In this document: positions 40,392 to 50,685 of the stretch, piece after piece
How positions within the stretch are numbered: position 1 is the stretch's first letter
Layout: every line of letters starts with the position of its first letter
NCBI GenBank assembly: GCA_964291215.2
Contig: OZ219790.1
Location: 1,600,001 to 1,664,000, forward strand
Length of the DNA: 64,000 nt
Source: Alphaproteobacteria bacterium
GTDB lineage: Bacteria > Pseudomonadota > Alphaproteobacteria > MPNO01 > UBA830
Direction: 5' to 3'
Made by a program: the position numbers and the translations under genes
The notes under the pieces: model-generated
What the model was told of the DNA's origin: nothing
Seen by the model: only the letters and a program-made list of their open reading frames with translations
Databases searched by the model: none

Positions 40392-41351
40392 CTACATCCG
40401 GAGCAGCTGCTCCGCGTTCCCGGAAAGGACCTTTCTCTTGTCCTCTGCTGAAAGCGGAAACGCCTCGATCCAGTCGGCGCCGGCCTTGTTGGAAGCAAAC
40501 GGATAATCGATCGAGTACATGATTCGGTCGATGCCGAGCTCCGCGATCGAACAGGTCATGGCGGTATCCGAGAAGTTACCGCTTGTCGTAACGTGGACGT
40601 GCCTGCAGAAGATTTCGCGGAACGAATAGTCCTTGCCGCGGCTGAGGGCGTCGTTGATGCGCCACAGCAGGAACGGTAGCCCCTCGCCGAGATGCCCGAT
40701 GATCACCTGCAGTTTCGGATGAGCGTCGAACACGCCGCTGAGCACCATGCGGATGCCCTGCGTGGCGGTCTCCACGGTAAAGCCCCAGCCAGCCGTGAGC
40801 AGCGCCGGGTGGTCACCAACATAGTCGGCGTAATACGCCTTGACGACATCGGGATGCGGTATCGCGGGATGCAGGTAGATCGGCACGTCAATCGCCTCGG
40901 CGCGCTCGAAGATCGGCCAGAATTCCGGAAGGTCGATGAACTTGCCATGGGTCAGGCCGTGGACCATGCCGCCCTTGAATCCGAAGTCCGATACGGCCCG
41001 CTCAAGCTCGTCGGCCGCGGCCCGCGGATCCGGCGTCGGCAGCGTCGCGAACCCGGCAAAACGTTCCGGATGGCGCCGCACCGTTTCGTAGAGGCGATCG
41101 TTCGCTTCACGGGCAAGCGCAACCGAGCTTTCCGCGTCGAATCGCTGCACCCCCGGCGCGCCTTGCGAAAGCACCTGGACATCGATACCTGCCGCATCCA
41201 TTTCCCGGATCCGGAGGTCGTCGAGATCGTCCAGCCGGTTGCGCACGGGCGTGCCCTCGAATCCCGTGTTCGCATCGTATCTTGCAGCAATGCTCGGGTC
41301 GAAATAGTGCTCCTCGAGCGCAATCACCCGGTATCCGTCACTGCTCGCCAT
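40392..41351 (-). CDS. Amidohydrolase-fold decarboxylase (2,3-dihydroxybenzoate decarboxylase/ACMSD-like)
   Basis: IALEEH, IYLHP, GHLGEGLP, TTSGNF and SIDYPF motifs. Confidence 0.88.
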   Translation of the reverse strand: MASSDGYRVIALEEHYFDPSIAARYDANTGFEGTPVRNRLDDLDDLRIREMDAAGIDVQVLSQGAPGVQRFDAESSVALAREANDRLYETVRRHPERFAGFATLPTPDPRAAADELERAVSDFGFKGGMVHGLTHGKFIDLPEFWPIFERAEAIDVPIYLHPAIPHPDVVKAYYADYVGDHPALLTAGWGFTVETATQGIRMVLSGVFDAHPKLQVIIGHLGEGLPFLLWRINDALSRGKDYSFREIFCRHVHVTTSGNFSDTAMTCSIAELGIDRIMYSIDYPFASNKAGADWIEAFPLSAEDKRKVLSGNAEQLLRM

Positions 41352-41479
41352 CGGCGCCTCCCGCTGTTCGCGCAAGCTCACGCCCGCCAGTCTACCAAGC
41401 GCCCCCTCGGGTGTCAGCCTCGCCACGGCAGCGACGGCAGATTTGACAGCCGTGCCGCTCCGCAGGATTCTTCACCTTC

Positions 41480-42367
41480 ATGATTCCCTCCCACATCGCT
41501 CTGCCCGTCATCGTCATGACGGTATGGGCCTCCAACATCGTTGCCGCGCGACACACCGTCCTGGAAATGCCGGGGTGGCTGGTGATCACCGTCCGCATGG
41601 CCGTGCTCGCGACGCTGCTCATTCCCTTCGTGCGTTTCCCGCGCGCCCATCTCGGCAGGATATTCGCGCTTTCGATCACGATGGGGACAGGTCATTTCGG
41701 CCTGATGTTCGTCGCTCTCCAGCGCGTCGACGCAGCGCCAGCAGCGCTGCTGATACAGACGGCGGTCCCCTTCGCCGCGCCCCTGACCTGGATTCTTTAC
41801 CGCGAACCCCTTGGCTGGCTCCGCGCCGCCGGGATCGCTGGCGCCTTCGCCGGCGTTGCGCTGCTCGTCGGCGGACCCGATGCACCTGCCGGCGTTCCCC
41901 TGTCCGCCGCCGCCATGGTCCTCGCTTCGGCCTTCTTCTTCGCGATTGCCAACATCCAGCTTCGTGGCCTCGGCGAGGTCAATGTCTTCGCGGTCAACGG
42001 CTGGATGGCGGTCTTCGCCGTGCCTCAGATGGCGATCTTGTCACTGCTGCTCGAAAACGACCAGATCGCGGCGCTCTCCGACACCTCCCTTCCGGCAACG
42101 CTCGCCATTCTTCACATGAGCATCGTCGTGAGCATCCTTGGCCATGGCCTGTGGTACCATCTGGTGCCCAAGTACCGGACCAACCAAATCATGCCCCTGA
42201 CCCTGCTAATTCCCGTATTCGGTGTGACGTTCGGCATCGTGCTTCTGGACGAAGGCGTCACCTGGCGCGTCTTCGTCGACGGGCTGATCACGATCGCCGG
42301 TGTCGCCACCGTGATGTTCGACGGCACGCAGAAAGGCGAGGGTCGGGAACAGCAGGCGGCGCCATGA
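41480..42367 (+). CDS. EamA/DMT family transporter
   Basis: About 10 hydrophobic segments, WASN and LLIPVFG motifs. Confidence 0.85.
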   Translation: MIPSHIALPVIVMTVWASNIVAARHTVLEMPGWLVITVRMAVLATLLIPFVRFPRAHLGRIFALSITMGTGHFGLMFVALQRVDAAPAALLIQTAVPFAAPLTWILYREPLGWLRAAGIAGAFAGVALLVGGPDAPAGVPLSAAAMVLASAFFFAIANIQLRGLGEVNVFAVNGWMAVFAVPQMAILSLLLENDQIAALSDTSLPATLAILHMSIVVSILGHGLWYHLVPKYRTNQIMPLTLLIPVFGVTFGIVLLDEGVTWRVFVDGLITIAGVATVMFDGTQKGEGREQQAAP

Positions 42368-43041
42368 GGCTGATCGACCGGCCCTCCCCCAATTTTGGCC
42401 ACCGCCCGGCCGCCACAGCGGTCGACACGGTGATCCTTCACTACACCGGCATGCGCACTGCAGCAGAGGCGATCGAGCGGCTCTGCGACCCAGAATCCGA
42501 AGTCAGCGCGCACTACGCGATCGACGAAGTCGGCGAAGTCTTCCGTCTGGTCGACGAGAGCCAACGCGCCTGGCACGCGGGACGATCCAGGTGGCGGGGA
42601 GATACCGACATCAATGACAGGTCGATCGGCATCGAACTCGTCAACCCCGGCCATGAATTCGGCTACCGCGCCTTTCCGGAACCACAGATGGCGGCCCTCG
42701 AAGAACTCCTCGACGATCTCATCCGGAGGCACGATATCCCGCCGGCGCGGATCCTCGGACATTCAGATGTCGCGCCGACACGCAAACACGACCCCGGGGA
42801 ACTGTTCGACTGGCAGAGACTGGCCGAGAAGGGGCTCGCGATATGGCCCGACACCAAAGACACCGACGACACACACGTTGACATGCGTGGGATGCTCACC
42901 GCTATCGGCTATGACGCCGACGCGCCGCTGGCAAGCGTTGTTGCCGCATTCCAGCGCCGGTTCGCACAGGATACAGTCACGGGAGAGCCCGATCTGGCAA
43001 CACGAAAGATCATCGGCGCCGTATACCGGCTCTCACGATGA
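42364..43041 (+). CDS. N-acetylmuramoyl-L-alanine amidase (AmpD/AmiD, Amidase_2)
   Basis: ILHYTGM, VSAHY, RAWHAG, SIGIELVN and GHSDVAPTRKHDPG motifs. Confidence 0.93.
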   Translation: MRLIDRPSPNFGHRPAATAVDTVILHYTGMRTAAEAIERLCDPESEVSAHYAIDEVGEVFRLVDESQRAWHAGRSRWRGDTDINDRSIGIELVNPGHEFGYRAFPEPQMAALEELLDDLIRRHDIPPARILGHSDVAPTRKHDPGELFDWQRLAEKGLAIWPDTKDTDDTHVDMRGMLTAIGYDADAPLASVVAAFQRRFAQDTVTGEPDLATRKIIGAVYRLSR

Positions 43042-43110
43042 ATCCCGCAAGACGCATCGTCGCCGACTCTGGAAGCCACGAAACCGCCCCGTCCGCCCAA
43101 CCGGAGCAAC

Positions 43111-43263
43111 CTACAGCCGCGCCGTTATCAGCTCGAAGGCGATATAGCCGAAGAAGAGGACGCCGACCGCCAGATAGAAGCGGGCAAGCCACGGATTCCG
43201 TTCCTTCCTCGTGGCAAGGCCGAGAAAATCAATCCGGTGCTTTTCGCGCGGAAACAGCTTCAT
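43111..43263 (-). CDS. Small hypothetical membrane protein (50 aa)
   Basis: GGAG RBS; single C-terminal TM helix. Confidence 0.5.
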   Translation of the reverse strand: MKLFPREKHRIDFLGLATRKERNPWLARFYLAVGVLFFGYIAFELITARL

Positions 43264-43357
43264 ATCGATCTCCGCGCCCGCAGCCGGTTCGCCGGCAACA
43301 ACGCCGGTGTCACCCGGACAGCTTTGCCTCTGCACCCCGCACTGCCAAGGAACGCGC

Positions 43358-43433
43358 TGGTGCCGGTTGAGGGACTCGAACCCCCGACCTCCTGATTACA
43401 AATCAGATGCTCTACCAGCTGAGCTAAACCGGC
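43358..43433 (-). tRNA. tRNA-Thr(TGT)
   Basis: Cloverleaf GCCGGTT...anticodon loop TTTGTAA...GGTTCGAGTCC...ACCA. Confidence 0.95.
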
Positions 43434-43502
43434 AACTCTTCCGCGCAGTCATCGCGCCCGTATAGCGCGGCCAGCCAGCCGGAACAAGACGATAGAGTCT
43501 GT

Positions 43503-44102
43503 TCAGCGCTTCGCTTGCGTCTTGCGGCGCAGTGCATCCAGGAGCCCCGCTACCCTGCCCCCGCTCTGACGGATGACAGCGGTGAATTCGTCACGCAGCG
43601 AGATCCGCATGCTCACCCCTTCAAGAAGGACATCGACGATCTTCAGTTCCGACCCGCGGGTCTGGATCCGCCAGCCGACTTCTATCGGCGCCCTGTCCGG
43701 GAGTTCGATCAGCGACGACACCAACACCTGATTCGCGGAAACCTCTGTCGACTTGACCACGCTCAACCGGGCGCTGCCGATCTCGCGGAAGCGCACGGCA
43801 TAAGCCAGAACGGTGAAATCCTCGAACAGGGAAACGAAGCTCTTCCGCTGTTCATCGGTTGCCTTGCGCCAGTACCGCCCCAGCACGAACCGGGAAATCC
43901 CCGGAAGGTCGAAACTCTGCGTCAACAGCCCGCGGAACCGTCGATTATGTTCTTCATCGGCAACCCCTTCTTCGCCGAGAGAGGTCAGGGCATTGGCTGC
44001 CAAATCACGAACGAACGCTTCGGAAGCCGCCGCGTACGCCGGCGCCGCCAGAACCAGAAACACCATGCAGAGGGCGCTTACGCGTGACATTCTTCCAAAC
44101 AC
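43503..44102 (-). CDS. mlaC: MlaC/Ttg2D phospholipid-binding protein
   Basis: FDLPGISRFVLGRYWR and KIVDVLLEGVSM motifs; adjacent to mlaA. Confidence 0.85.
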   Translation of the reverse strand: MFGRMSRVSALCMVFLVLAAPAYAAASEAFVRDLAANALTSLGEEGVADEEHNRRFRGLLTQSFDLPGISRFVLGRYWRKATDEQRKSFVSLFEDFTVLAYAVRFREIGSARLSVVKSTEVSANQVLVSSLIELPDRAPIEVGWRIQTRGSELKIVDVLLEGVSMRISLRDEFTAVIRQSGGRVAGLLDALRRKTQAKR

Positions 44103-44130
44103 CTGCCTTCGTGGCCTCCGTTGAATTCGG

Positions 44131-44940
44131 TTACCTGACGCTCTCGGTGATCACGCGCGCCGGCACACTCGGCGGCGGTACCCGCGGCAGGCGACGGTCG
44201 TCGATCTCCCTGGCCCGGTACTGGCGGTAGAGGCTCCGTGCGGCAGCATAGAAGTCGAGCGAGTTTTCTTCAAGATCGTTAAGCGCACTGTAGTTCCGGG
44301 CGCGGAAATCCAGCACCGAGAGCCCGGCGGCACCCATGCGGAAGCCGACCGGCGTCGTCCATATCACCGGATCGCCCACCGAGTCCACGAGCCGCCCGCC
44401 AACATCCCTGAAATTCGAGGAACCGAGCACCGGGAGGACCAGATAGGGGCCGCTTCCGAAACCCCAGGATGCGAGTGTCTGGCCGAAATCCTCTCCATAC
44501 CCCTCGATTCCGAACTCGGAGGCAACATCAATGAAACCGAGCAGGCCGATGGTCGAGTTGATGGAGAACCTGGTGAACGTGTCGGCCGCAAGGTCCGTCT
44601 TGCCCTGCAGCAGCTCGTTGGCGAAGACAATCGGGGCCCTCAGGTTACCCAGGAAATTGGAAATCCCAACCCGTACCGGACGCGGCACGCCCTTCAGGTA
44701 TGCATACGCGGCCGGGCGCAGCACCGTACGGTCAAGCAACAGATTCGCCTCGAACACAGCCCTGTTGAGCGGCTCGTAGGGATCGTTGATTTCGGCGAAT
44801 GCCTCAAGGGCGTCAGGATCATCGTCCGGTGGCGGCGTCGCGCAGGCCACCATTGCAAGAAACGCGCAAGACATCGCAGCAATGCGGCGGAGACTCCGAA
44901 AGGCGCACCGAGCCGAAGCCCCGGCAGAATCTCGATACAT
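44131..44940 (-). CDS. mlaA: MlaA/VacJ lipoprotein (start uncertain)
   Basis: Lipobox VAC; DPYEPLNR, INSTIGLLG and EDFGQTLASWG...GPYLVLP motifs. Confidence 0.9.
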   Translation of the reverse strand: MYRDSAGASARCAFRSLRRIAAMSCAFLAMVACATPPPDDDPDALEAFAEINDPYEPLNRAVFEANLLLDRTVLRPAAYAYLKGVPRPVRVGISNFLGNLRAPIVFANELLQGKTDLAADTFTRFSINSTIGLLGFIDVASEFGIEGYGEDFGQTLASWGFGSGPYLVLPVLGSSNFRDVGGRLVDSVGDPVIWTTPVGFRMGAAGLSVLDFRARNYSALNDLEENSLDFYAAARSLYRQYRAREIDDRRLPRVPPPSVPARVITESVR

Positions 44941-45151
44941 CTGCTGTCCCAGTTCTGCCACTGCCGCGCCGATCCGGCAGGTTCTCGGACCGGAAACCGG
45001 TGAGACGGGAAGCATCGCAACTCCGGCCTCGACAGGCCCAAAAAGGCCTGCTCCAGGATCCGGCCGTTCGATTGCCCGCCAACCCGGCCTTTGCCACAAA
45101 CGAAAGGGAACGTTACCATCGGGTGCTCCCCGACGCAAGCCTCGGTAGGAA

Positions 45152-45718
45152 GTGGCTGCCGGCGGCGGGATTGTAACCGCGCCTTGCAATTCGTCGTCAT
45201 GCGGGACAAATCGCCTTCAGGAGCACGGACCCATCGTTATCCGGCACGAGATACCCGAGACATGGCGCGAGCATGTCCGCAGCGAATGGTGCGATTACAA
45301 TGACCACCTCAATCTCGCATACTATGTGTTGATCTTCGATCACGCGACGGATGCCTTCTACGACTCCCTCGGTCTAGATCGGTCCTACCGCGAGGCAACT
45401 AACTGTTCGACATTCGCGGTAGAGTCGCACACGGTCTATCTCGCCGAACTCCTTGACGGCGATGAGGTGTTCTGCACGACCCAGATTCTCGACTACGACG
45501 AGCGCCGCCTGCACTATTTCCATCGCCTCTACCACTCGGAAAAGCGGTATCTGTCGGCAACCACGGAACTGCTGGCCGTCCATGTCGATCTCGGCCTTCG
45601 CAAGACCGCGCCGATGACTCCGGGCCTGCTTGAAAGACTGTCCCGAGAACTTGAGGATCATCGCAACTTTCCCCGGCCCGACCAGCAGGGACAGGTTATC
45701 GGAATCCAGCGGAAATAG
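45152..45718 (+). CDS. Thioesterase family (4HBT-like) protein, start unresolved
   Basis: EWCDYNDHLNLAYYVLIFDHATD motif. Confidence 0.75.
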   Translation: MAAGGGIVTAPCNSSSCGTNRLQEHGPIVIRHEIPETWREHVRSEWCDYNDHLNLAYYVLIFDHATDAFYDSLGLDRSYREATNCSTFAVESHTVYLAELLDGDEVFCTTQILDYDERRLHYFHRLYHSEKRYLSATTELLAVHVDLGLRKTAPMTPGLLERLSRELEDHRNFPRPDQQGQVIGIQRK

Positions 45719-46056
45719 AGTTTGCTGTCGAGCTCCGCGGTTGCCTTTCCCGGCCGCTTGCGAACGACCATCCCGAACGGGCACGAACAAGGCCTTGTCC
45801 AGACCCGGCGCCACACCGGGTGCAATCGCCTTCGCGAAAGTTGCTGATCCCTGATACGAGGCGGTGTTCGGAAACGAGCGGGATCTGATGGCGGGTCCCG
45901 CGGCCGTATTACCACGGCCCCCTGTCCAGATCTTCGCGTTCCGGTTGCAGGCCGCCAAATTCCCGCTTCGACATCCGGCAGCGGCGGCGGGCACGAGTCG
46001 ACGTTCGCGCAGCCGGGGCTGTATTTCCTAGTGTCGGGGGACTGTATACTGGAGCA

Positions 46057-48291
46057 ATGGAGGAGATACTCGAACCTTCCGACCCCCGGGAGTTGACGAC
46101 GGAGCCGCGCTACATGCGCGGCCTTACCGATGCGCAACGCGAAGCCGTCGAGACCCTGGACGGGCCGCTGCTTGTGCTCGCCGGAGCCGGCACCGGCAAG
46201 ACTCGCGTCCTGACAACGCGGATCGCCCATATCCTGGCCACCCGCAACACCTGGCCGAGCCGGATCCTCGCGGTCACCTTCACCAACAGGGCCGCCAGCG
46301 AGATGCAGGAGCGCATCATCGCGATGACCGGAGAAGATGTTGCAGGCCTCTGGATCGGAACATTCCATGCGGTCTCGGCCCGCATCCTGCGCCGCCACGC
46401 CGAACTCGTCGGTCTGAGGCCAGACTTCACCATTCTCGATCAGGACGACCAGACCAGGCTGGTCAAGCAGGTCCTCGACGCCGAGCAGGTCGACCACAAG
46501 CGATGGCCACCACGAGTCGTGCGTGCAGCAATTGAGCGCTTCAAGGATCGCGGCCTGTCCCCGGAACGGCTGAAGCCCGGCGATATCGGAGATCTCGTCG
46601 ACGGCCGCATCGGTGAGATCTACGGCATGTACCAGGAGCGCCTGGCGACACTCAACTCGGCCGATTTCAGCGATCTCATCCTCCAATGCGTCAGGATCCT
46701 TTCCGAGAATCCCGATATTCTCGCCACCTATCACGACCGGTTCGACTACATTCTGGTGGACGAATACCAGGATTCCAACGTGGCACAGTATCTGTGGCTG
46801 CGGCTGTTGGCACAGGGGCGGCGCAATATCTGCTGCGTCGGGGACGACGACCAGGCGATCTACAGCTGGCGCGGCGCCGAAGTCGGCAACATCCTGCGGT
46901 TTGAACGAGATTTCGAGGGTGCGCATGTTGTCAGGCTCGAGAGGAACTACCGCTCGACGCAACCGATCCTGACCGTTGCCTCGACAATGATCGCACACAA
47001 CAGGGACCGGCTCGGCAAGGTTCTCTGGACGGATGTCCAGGAGGGTGCTCCCGTCCAGGTTTGTGTCGTGGAGAACGGCGATGACGAGGCCAGATTCGTG
47101 TGCGGCGAGATCACGAACCTGCGGCGCCAGGGCGCATCGCTCGACGAGGTTGCGATTCTGGTTCGCGCCGGCTTCCAGATGCTGCTGTTCGAGGAACATC
47201 TGCTTCAAGAGCAGATTCCCTACCGAGTATACGGCGGACCGCGTTTCTTCGAACGTCAGGAGATCCGCGACGCAGTCGCCTACATGCGCGTGATTGTCCG
47301 GCCTAGCGACGATCTGGCCCTCGAACGCATTATCAACGTACCGCGCCGGGGAATCGGCGATGCGACGCTGCAGAAGCTTCGCGAATTCGCGCGCGCGCGT
47401 TCAGTGCCGCTTTGCGATGCCGTGCTCGATCTCGTGAAGACCGAAGAGATCAGCGCACGACCACGACACGAACTTCGGAACCTGATGGCCAATTTCGCGC
47501 GGTGGCGCGCAGATGCCGGGACCGATGGCCATGTCGAACTGGTGCAGATGGTGCTCGACGAATCCGGCTACACGGACATGTGGCTCAAGGCGAGCACGCC
47601 AGACGCCCCGGGACGCCTCGAGAACCTTAAGGAGCTGGTCTCGACGCTCAACGACTTCGGATCGCTTGAAGAGTTCCTTGAGCATGTGAGCCTGGTGATG
47701 GACCGCGAGCGGCGCGATACCGGCGAAATGGTGAGCCTGATGACGCTCCACGCCGCCAAGGGCCTCGAGTTCGCCCATGTGTTTCTTCCCGGATGGGAGG
47801 AGGAGATCTTCCCCAACAAGCGAGCGCTGGCCGATGGCGGCAACCGGGCGCTGGAAGAGGAACGCCGGCTGGCCTATGTCGGGCTCACGCGGGCAAAGCA
47901 GCATGTCCAGATATCCCGCGCAGTCAGCCGGAGGATCTTCAACCAGTGGCTTGCCGGGGTCGAATCCCGCTTCCTCCGGGAACTGCCGGCTGAACATGTC
48001 GAAACGATCGTGCGGACAAGACGCCATGGCGGCACCAGATGGGACAGCGACGGCTTCGACAGCAGCGGTCGCGGGCCGGGCTACCGGCGCCTGCGCGCCG
48101 GGACCCGGAGATCACGCGAAACACAACTGCTCCGAAGCGGAAGCGGCGAGCCGATCGAGGTCGGAACCCGGATATTTCACGAAAAGTTCGGATACGGCAC
48201 CGTGACAGCCAGCGACGCCGGCCGCCTCGAAGTCAGTTTCGAAAAGGCCGGCGACAAGAAGGTCATGAAAGAGTTCGTCAGGCCGGCATGA
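46057..48291 (+). CDS. uvrD: UvrD/PcrA ATP-dependent DNA helicase
   Basis: LAGAGTGKT, VDEYQD, VGDDDQAIY, LERNYRS, TLHAAKGLEF and EEERRLAYVGLTRAK motifs. Confidence 0.95.
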   Translation: MEEILEPSDPRELTTEPRYMRGLTDAQREAVETLDGPLLVLAGAGTGKTRVLTTRIAHILATRNTWPSRILAVTFTNRAASEMQERIIAMTGEDVAGLWIGTFHAVSARILRRHAELVGLRPDFTILDQDDQTRLVKQVLDAEQVDHKRWPPRVVRAAIERFKDRGLSPERLKPGDIGDLVDGRIGEIYGMYQERLATLNSADFSDLILQCVRILSENPDILATYHDRFDYILVDEYQDSNVAQYLWLRLLAQGRRNICCVGDDDQAIYSWRGAEVGNILRFERDFEGAHVVRLERNYRSTQPILTVASTMIAHNRDRLGKVLWTDVQEGAPVQVCVVENGDDEARFVCGEITNLRRQGASLDEVAILVRAGFQMLLFEEHLLQEQIPYRVYGGPRFFERQEIRDAVAYMRVIVRPSDDLALERIINVPRRGIGDATLQKLREFARARSVPLCDAVLDLVKTEEISARPRHELRNLMANFARWRADAGTDGHVELVQMVLDESGYTDMWLKASTPDAPGRLENLKELVSTLNDFGSLEEFLEHVSLVMDRERRDTGEMVSLMTLHAAKGLEFAHVFLPGWEEEIFPNKRALADGGNRALEEERRLAYVGLTRAKQHVQISRAVSRRIFNQWLAGVESRFLRELPAEHVETIVRTRRHGGTRWDSDGFDSSGRGPGYRRLRAGTRRSRETQLLRSGSGEPIEVGTRIFHEKFGYGTVTASDAGRLEVSFEKAGDKKVMKEFVRPA

Positions 48292-49175
48292 CGGAGTCAG
48301 GATCGTGGACGATCAGGGTCGACGCCCCGAACGCGGCTGCAGTGCCTGTTCTTGAGGTGGCGATCGCAGATCTGATAGTTGCCGTCTCGGTGCAGCACGA
48401 CGAACGCGCGGGAATCTGGCGGCTTACCGGCCACTCGGCGGAACGGCCCGACCGTTCGGCCGTCGTCCGTTCCCTTGCCGTTGCTGCCCACGCCGCCGGC
48501 ATCGCCACACCCGCAATCACGATTTCCCGCCTCGCCGCGACGGACTGGATCGCCGAACAGGAACGCGCACTGCCGGCGCTCGACATCGGCCGCTTCCGTG
48601 TCTTCGGATCCCACGTGACCGATCCCGTTCCGGCCGGACGCGTCCCGGTCCGGATCAATGCGGGTCTGGCGTTCGGAACCGGACACCACGAGAGTACCGC
48701 GGGCTGCCTCCTCGCCGTTGACCGCCTGTACGGCAGCGGCCGGTCGCCACCCCGAACTCTCGATATTGGAACCGGAAGCGGGATTCTCGGAATCGCGATC
48801 GCGCGGTGGCTCGATAGCCCGGTCATCGCCACCGACATCGATCCGGTTGCCGTGCGCGTGGCCAACGCCAACGCCCGCATAAACGGGGTCTCTGACCGGT
48901 TCTCGGCCCTCGTGGCCGACGGATTCGGCGACGACGAAGTTGTCCGCAACCAACCTTATGGCTTGATCGTCGCAAACATCTTCGAGAGGCAACTCATCGA
49001 CCTCGCGCCCCTGATCGCTCCGGCGCTCGCTGTCGGTGGTCATGTCGTTCTCTCCGGGCTTCAGGCCAAGAGCGCTGACCGCGTCGCAGAGGCCCTTGCG
49101 GCAGCCGGTATCGCGCGCATCGACCGCGTGGAACTGTCCGACTGGACCACCCTCGTCGGTGCGCAGGCACGGTGA
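48288..49175 (+). CDS. prmA: Ribosomal protein L11 methyltransferase
   Basis: AFGTGHHESTAGC, LDIGTGSGILGI and IVANI motifs; ATGA overlap with uvrD. Confidence 0.92.
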   Translation: MTESGSWTIRVDAPNAAAVPVLEVAIADLIVAVSVQHDERAGIWRLTGHSAERPDRSAVVRSLAVAAHAAGIATPAITISRLAATDWIAEQERALPALDIGRFRVFGSHVTDPVPAGRVPVRINAGLAFGTGHHESTAGCLLAVDRLYGSGRSPPRTLDIGTGSGILGIAIARWLDSPVIATDIDPVAVRVANANARINGVSDRFSALVADGFGDDEVVRNQPYGLIVANIFERQLIDLAPLIAPALAVGGHVVLSGLQAKSADRVAEALAAAGIARIDRVELSDWTTLVGAQAR

Positions 49176-49207
49176 CGGCAGCCGTCCGCACGCCGCGGTC
49201 GCAATCG

Positions 49208-49800
49208 CAGGCATTTCCCACGCTGCATTCAATTTTGCTGTCTTCCACTGTCCGGAGGTTTCACAGACCCAACCGTGCCGGGTTTTCTGGCTTTGGGGCC
49301 GTCCGCGGTCGTCGCCGACGGCGTTATCGGCGCGTAGACGGGTTCACGGTGACCCCACGCTGCTAATCCGGCGACGACTGGCGTGATTTTCTCAGTTTGC
49401 GTCGCGCTACAATCGTGCCGCCAAGGCTCGACGGGATTTTCTCGGCACGAAAATTGCGATCAAGGAGGCGATCTGTGATGATCCGAGCCTCAACGCATTC
49501 GGATTTCGCGTCTCCGAATTAGCATGGCATCGTCGTGGGGCGGGTTGTTTTCGGGTTGTGGGCCTTTCAATCTGACACTATTAAGTCCATTGATTTCTGC
49601 ATATCGGCTTTCCGCATCGCTCGGTGATATTCGGTGAAATTGAGGAGGATCTTGTAGTCCTGCCAGAGTTTCTCGGTTCCCGGCAGGGGGTGGTGTTTGC
49701 CGGGGATGAAGCCTGCCACGCGTGCGACCTCGATGGCGAAGACTTTGATGGTCGGTTCGGGGTCGAGAGGTTCACGCGGTTTGTACTGTTTATAGATCTT
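49208..49800 (-). mobile_element. IS4-family (IS50/Tn5-like) remnant: transposase C-terminus plus end
   Basis: VARVAGFIPGKHHPLPGTEKLWQ resembles the dimerisation domain; end CAGGCATTTCCCACGCTG. Confidence 0.7.
49345..49537. mobile_element. 194-bp MITE, copy 2 (inverted relative to copy 1)
   Basis: Homologous to 19424-19617; degenerate 9-bp TSD AGACGGGTT/GGGCGGGTT; absent from the homologous IS4 end at 27985. Confidence 0.8.
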
Positions 49801-49878
49801 GTAACTGCTCACCCCCTGGTTCCGGCTTGATGTCGGGGTAGAACAACGAACGGGTTTTCGTGGAGATCTGACACTGCA
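49801..49878 (+). mobile_element. Solo left end of IS66-B
   Basis: GTAACTGCTCACCCCCTGG...TGACACTGCAG. Confidence 0.8.
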
Positions 49879-49889
49879 GATCGTTTCGG

Positions 49890-50161
49890 TTAGTGTGAAC
49901 TTCCTAGGCTACCTCCACCAAATCCTGATCCTGGCTGAATGTCACGGCCACATCGAGAGCGCCGTTGCGCGCGATTCGCACCATGTCGAGACCAATCCGA
50001 AGGTCTGTTTCCTTCTCGCGCTGTGCCGGCACACCATGCGTCGTACCGTCCGGAAGCGGGACCCGCTCGGAGCGCGGTTTCCGGGAGGTCACGAGAATCC
50101 CGACGCGGCTCATTGCGGTCAGGTACCGCGCCCGGCACGCCGGATCTTTCCTGGCGTCGGG
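49890..50161 (-). pseudogene. NYN-domain (PIN-like) protein fragment
   Basis: REKETDLRIGLDMV...DVAVTFSQDQDL resembles the NYN EKGVD...SGDSD motifs. Confidence 0.6.
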
Positions 50162-50685
50162 GTATCTCCTCACCCCTCCGCAGAGGCGGGTTTGGCGTTG
50201 TGCATCTTGATCATGTCGGCGGCGTTTCCGGCGAGTGCGATCTGGATGGCAACGAGCGGGCTGTAGCCGAGTGCGGCCATGGAGGTGAGATAGCTTGAGC
50301 TTCGGCACCAAGCCTCGGCTAGAGCGGGGTTCGGAAGCATCTGGAGACCTTGACCTTTGCCATCCGGATTTTCTGCTCGCCGGTGTTGTTGGTGAAGCTG
50401 ATGTTCGGGTCGCTCATGAAGCACAGGACGAACTCTTCATGCCTTGCGAGACGCTCCTGGAGGTTGTGCGCGTTCGCGATCGGTCCGCGTTTTCCTTTCT
50501 GTCGGGGCGGGATTTCAGGCAGTTCCTTCGCCCCCCGGGTCAGGGTGGTCCGGTAGCGCTTGCGCACGGCGGTCGGCCTCGTTCAGGGTCCTGGATGCGC
50601 TCTTGTCAACCCTGTGGCAGGCAGCAGTTTCTTCATCACGCGTGCCCGGCGGTAGCCGTTGGCGTCGACGATGACGGCCGGTTCC
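50162..50685 (-). mobile_element. 3' part of an IS66-B-related element
   Basis: End GTATCTCCTCACCCC; AHNLQERL and FTNNTGEQKIRMAKVK motifs. Confidence 0.85.

Noticed and set aside
45658-47208. Long antisense ORFs (also 1485-2306, 7643-8755, 29418-30725, 36618-37640)
   Set aside because: Shadow frames of well-supported high-GC genes; no recognisable motifs.
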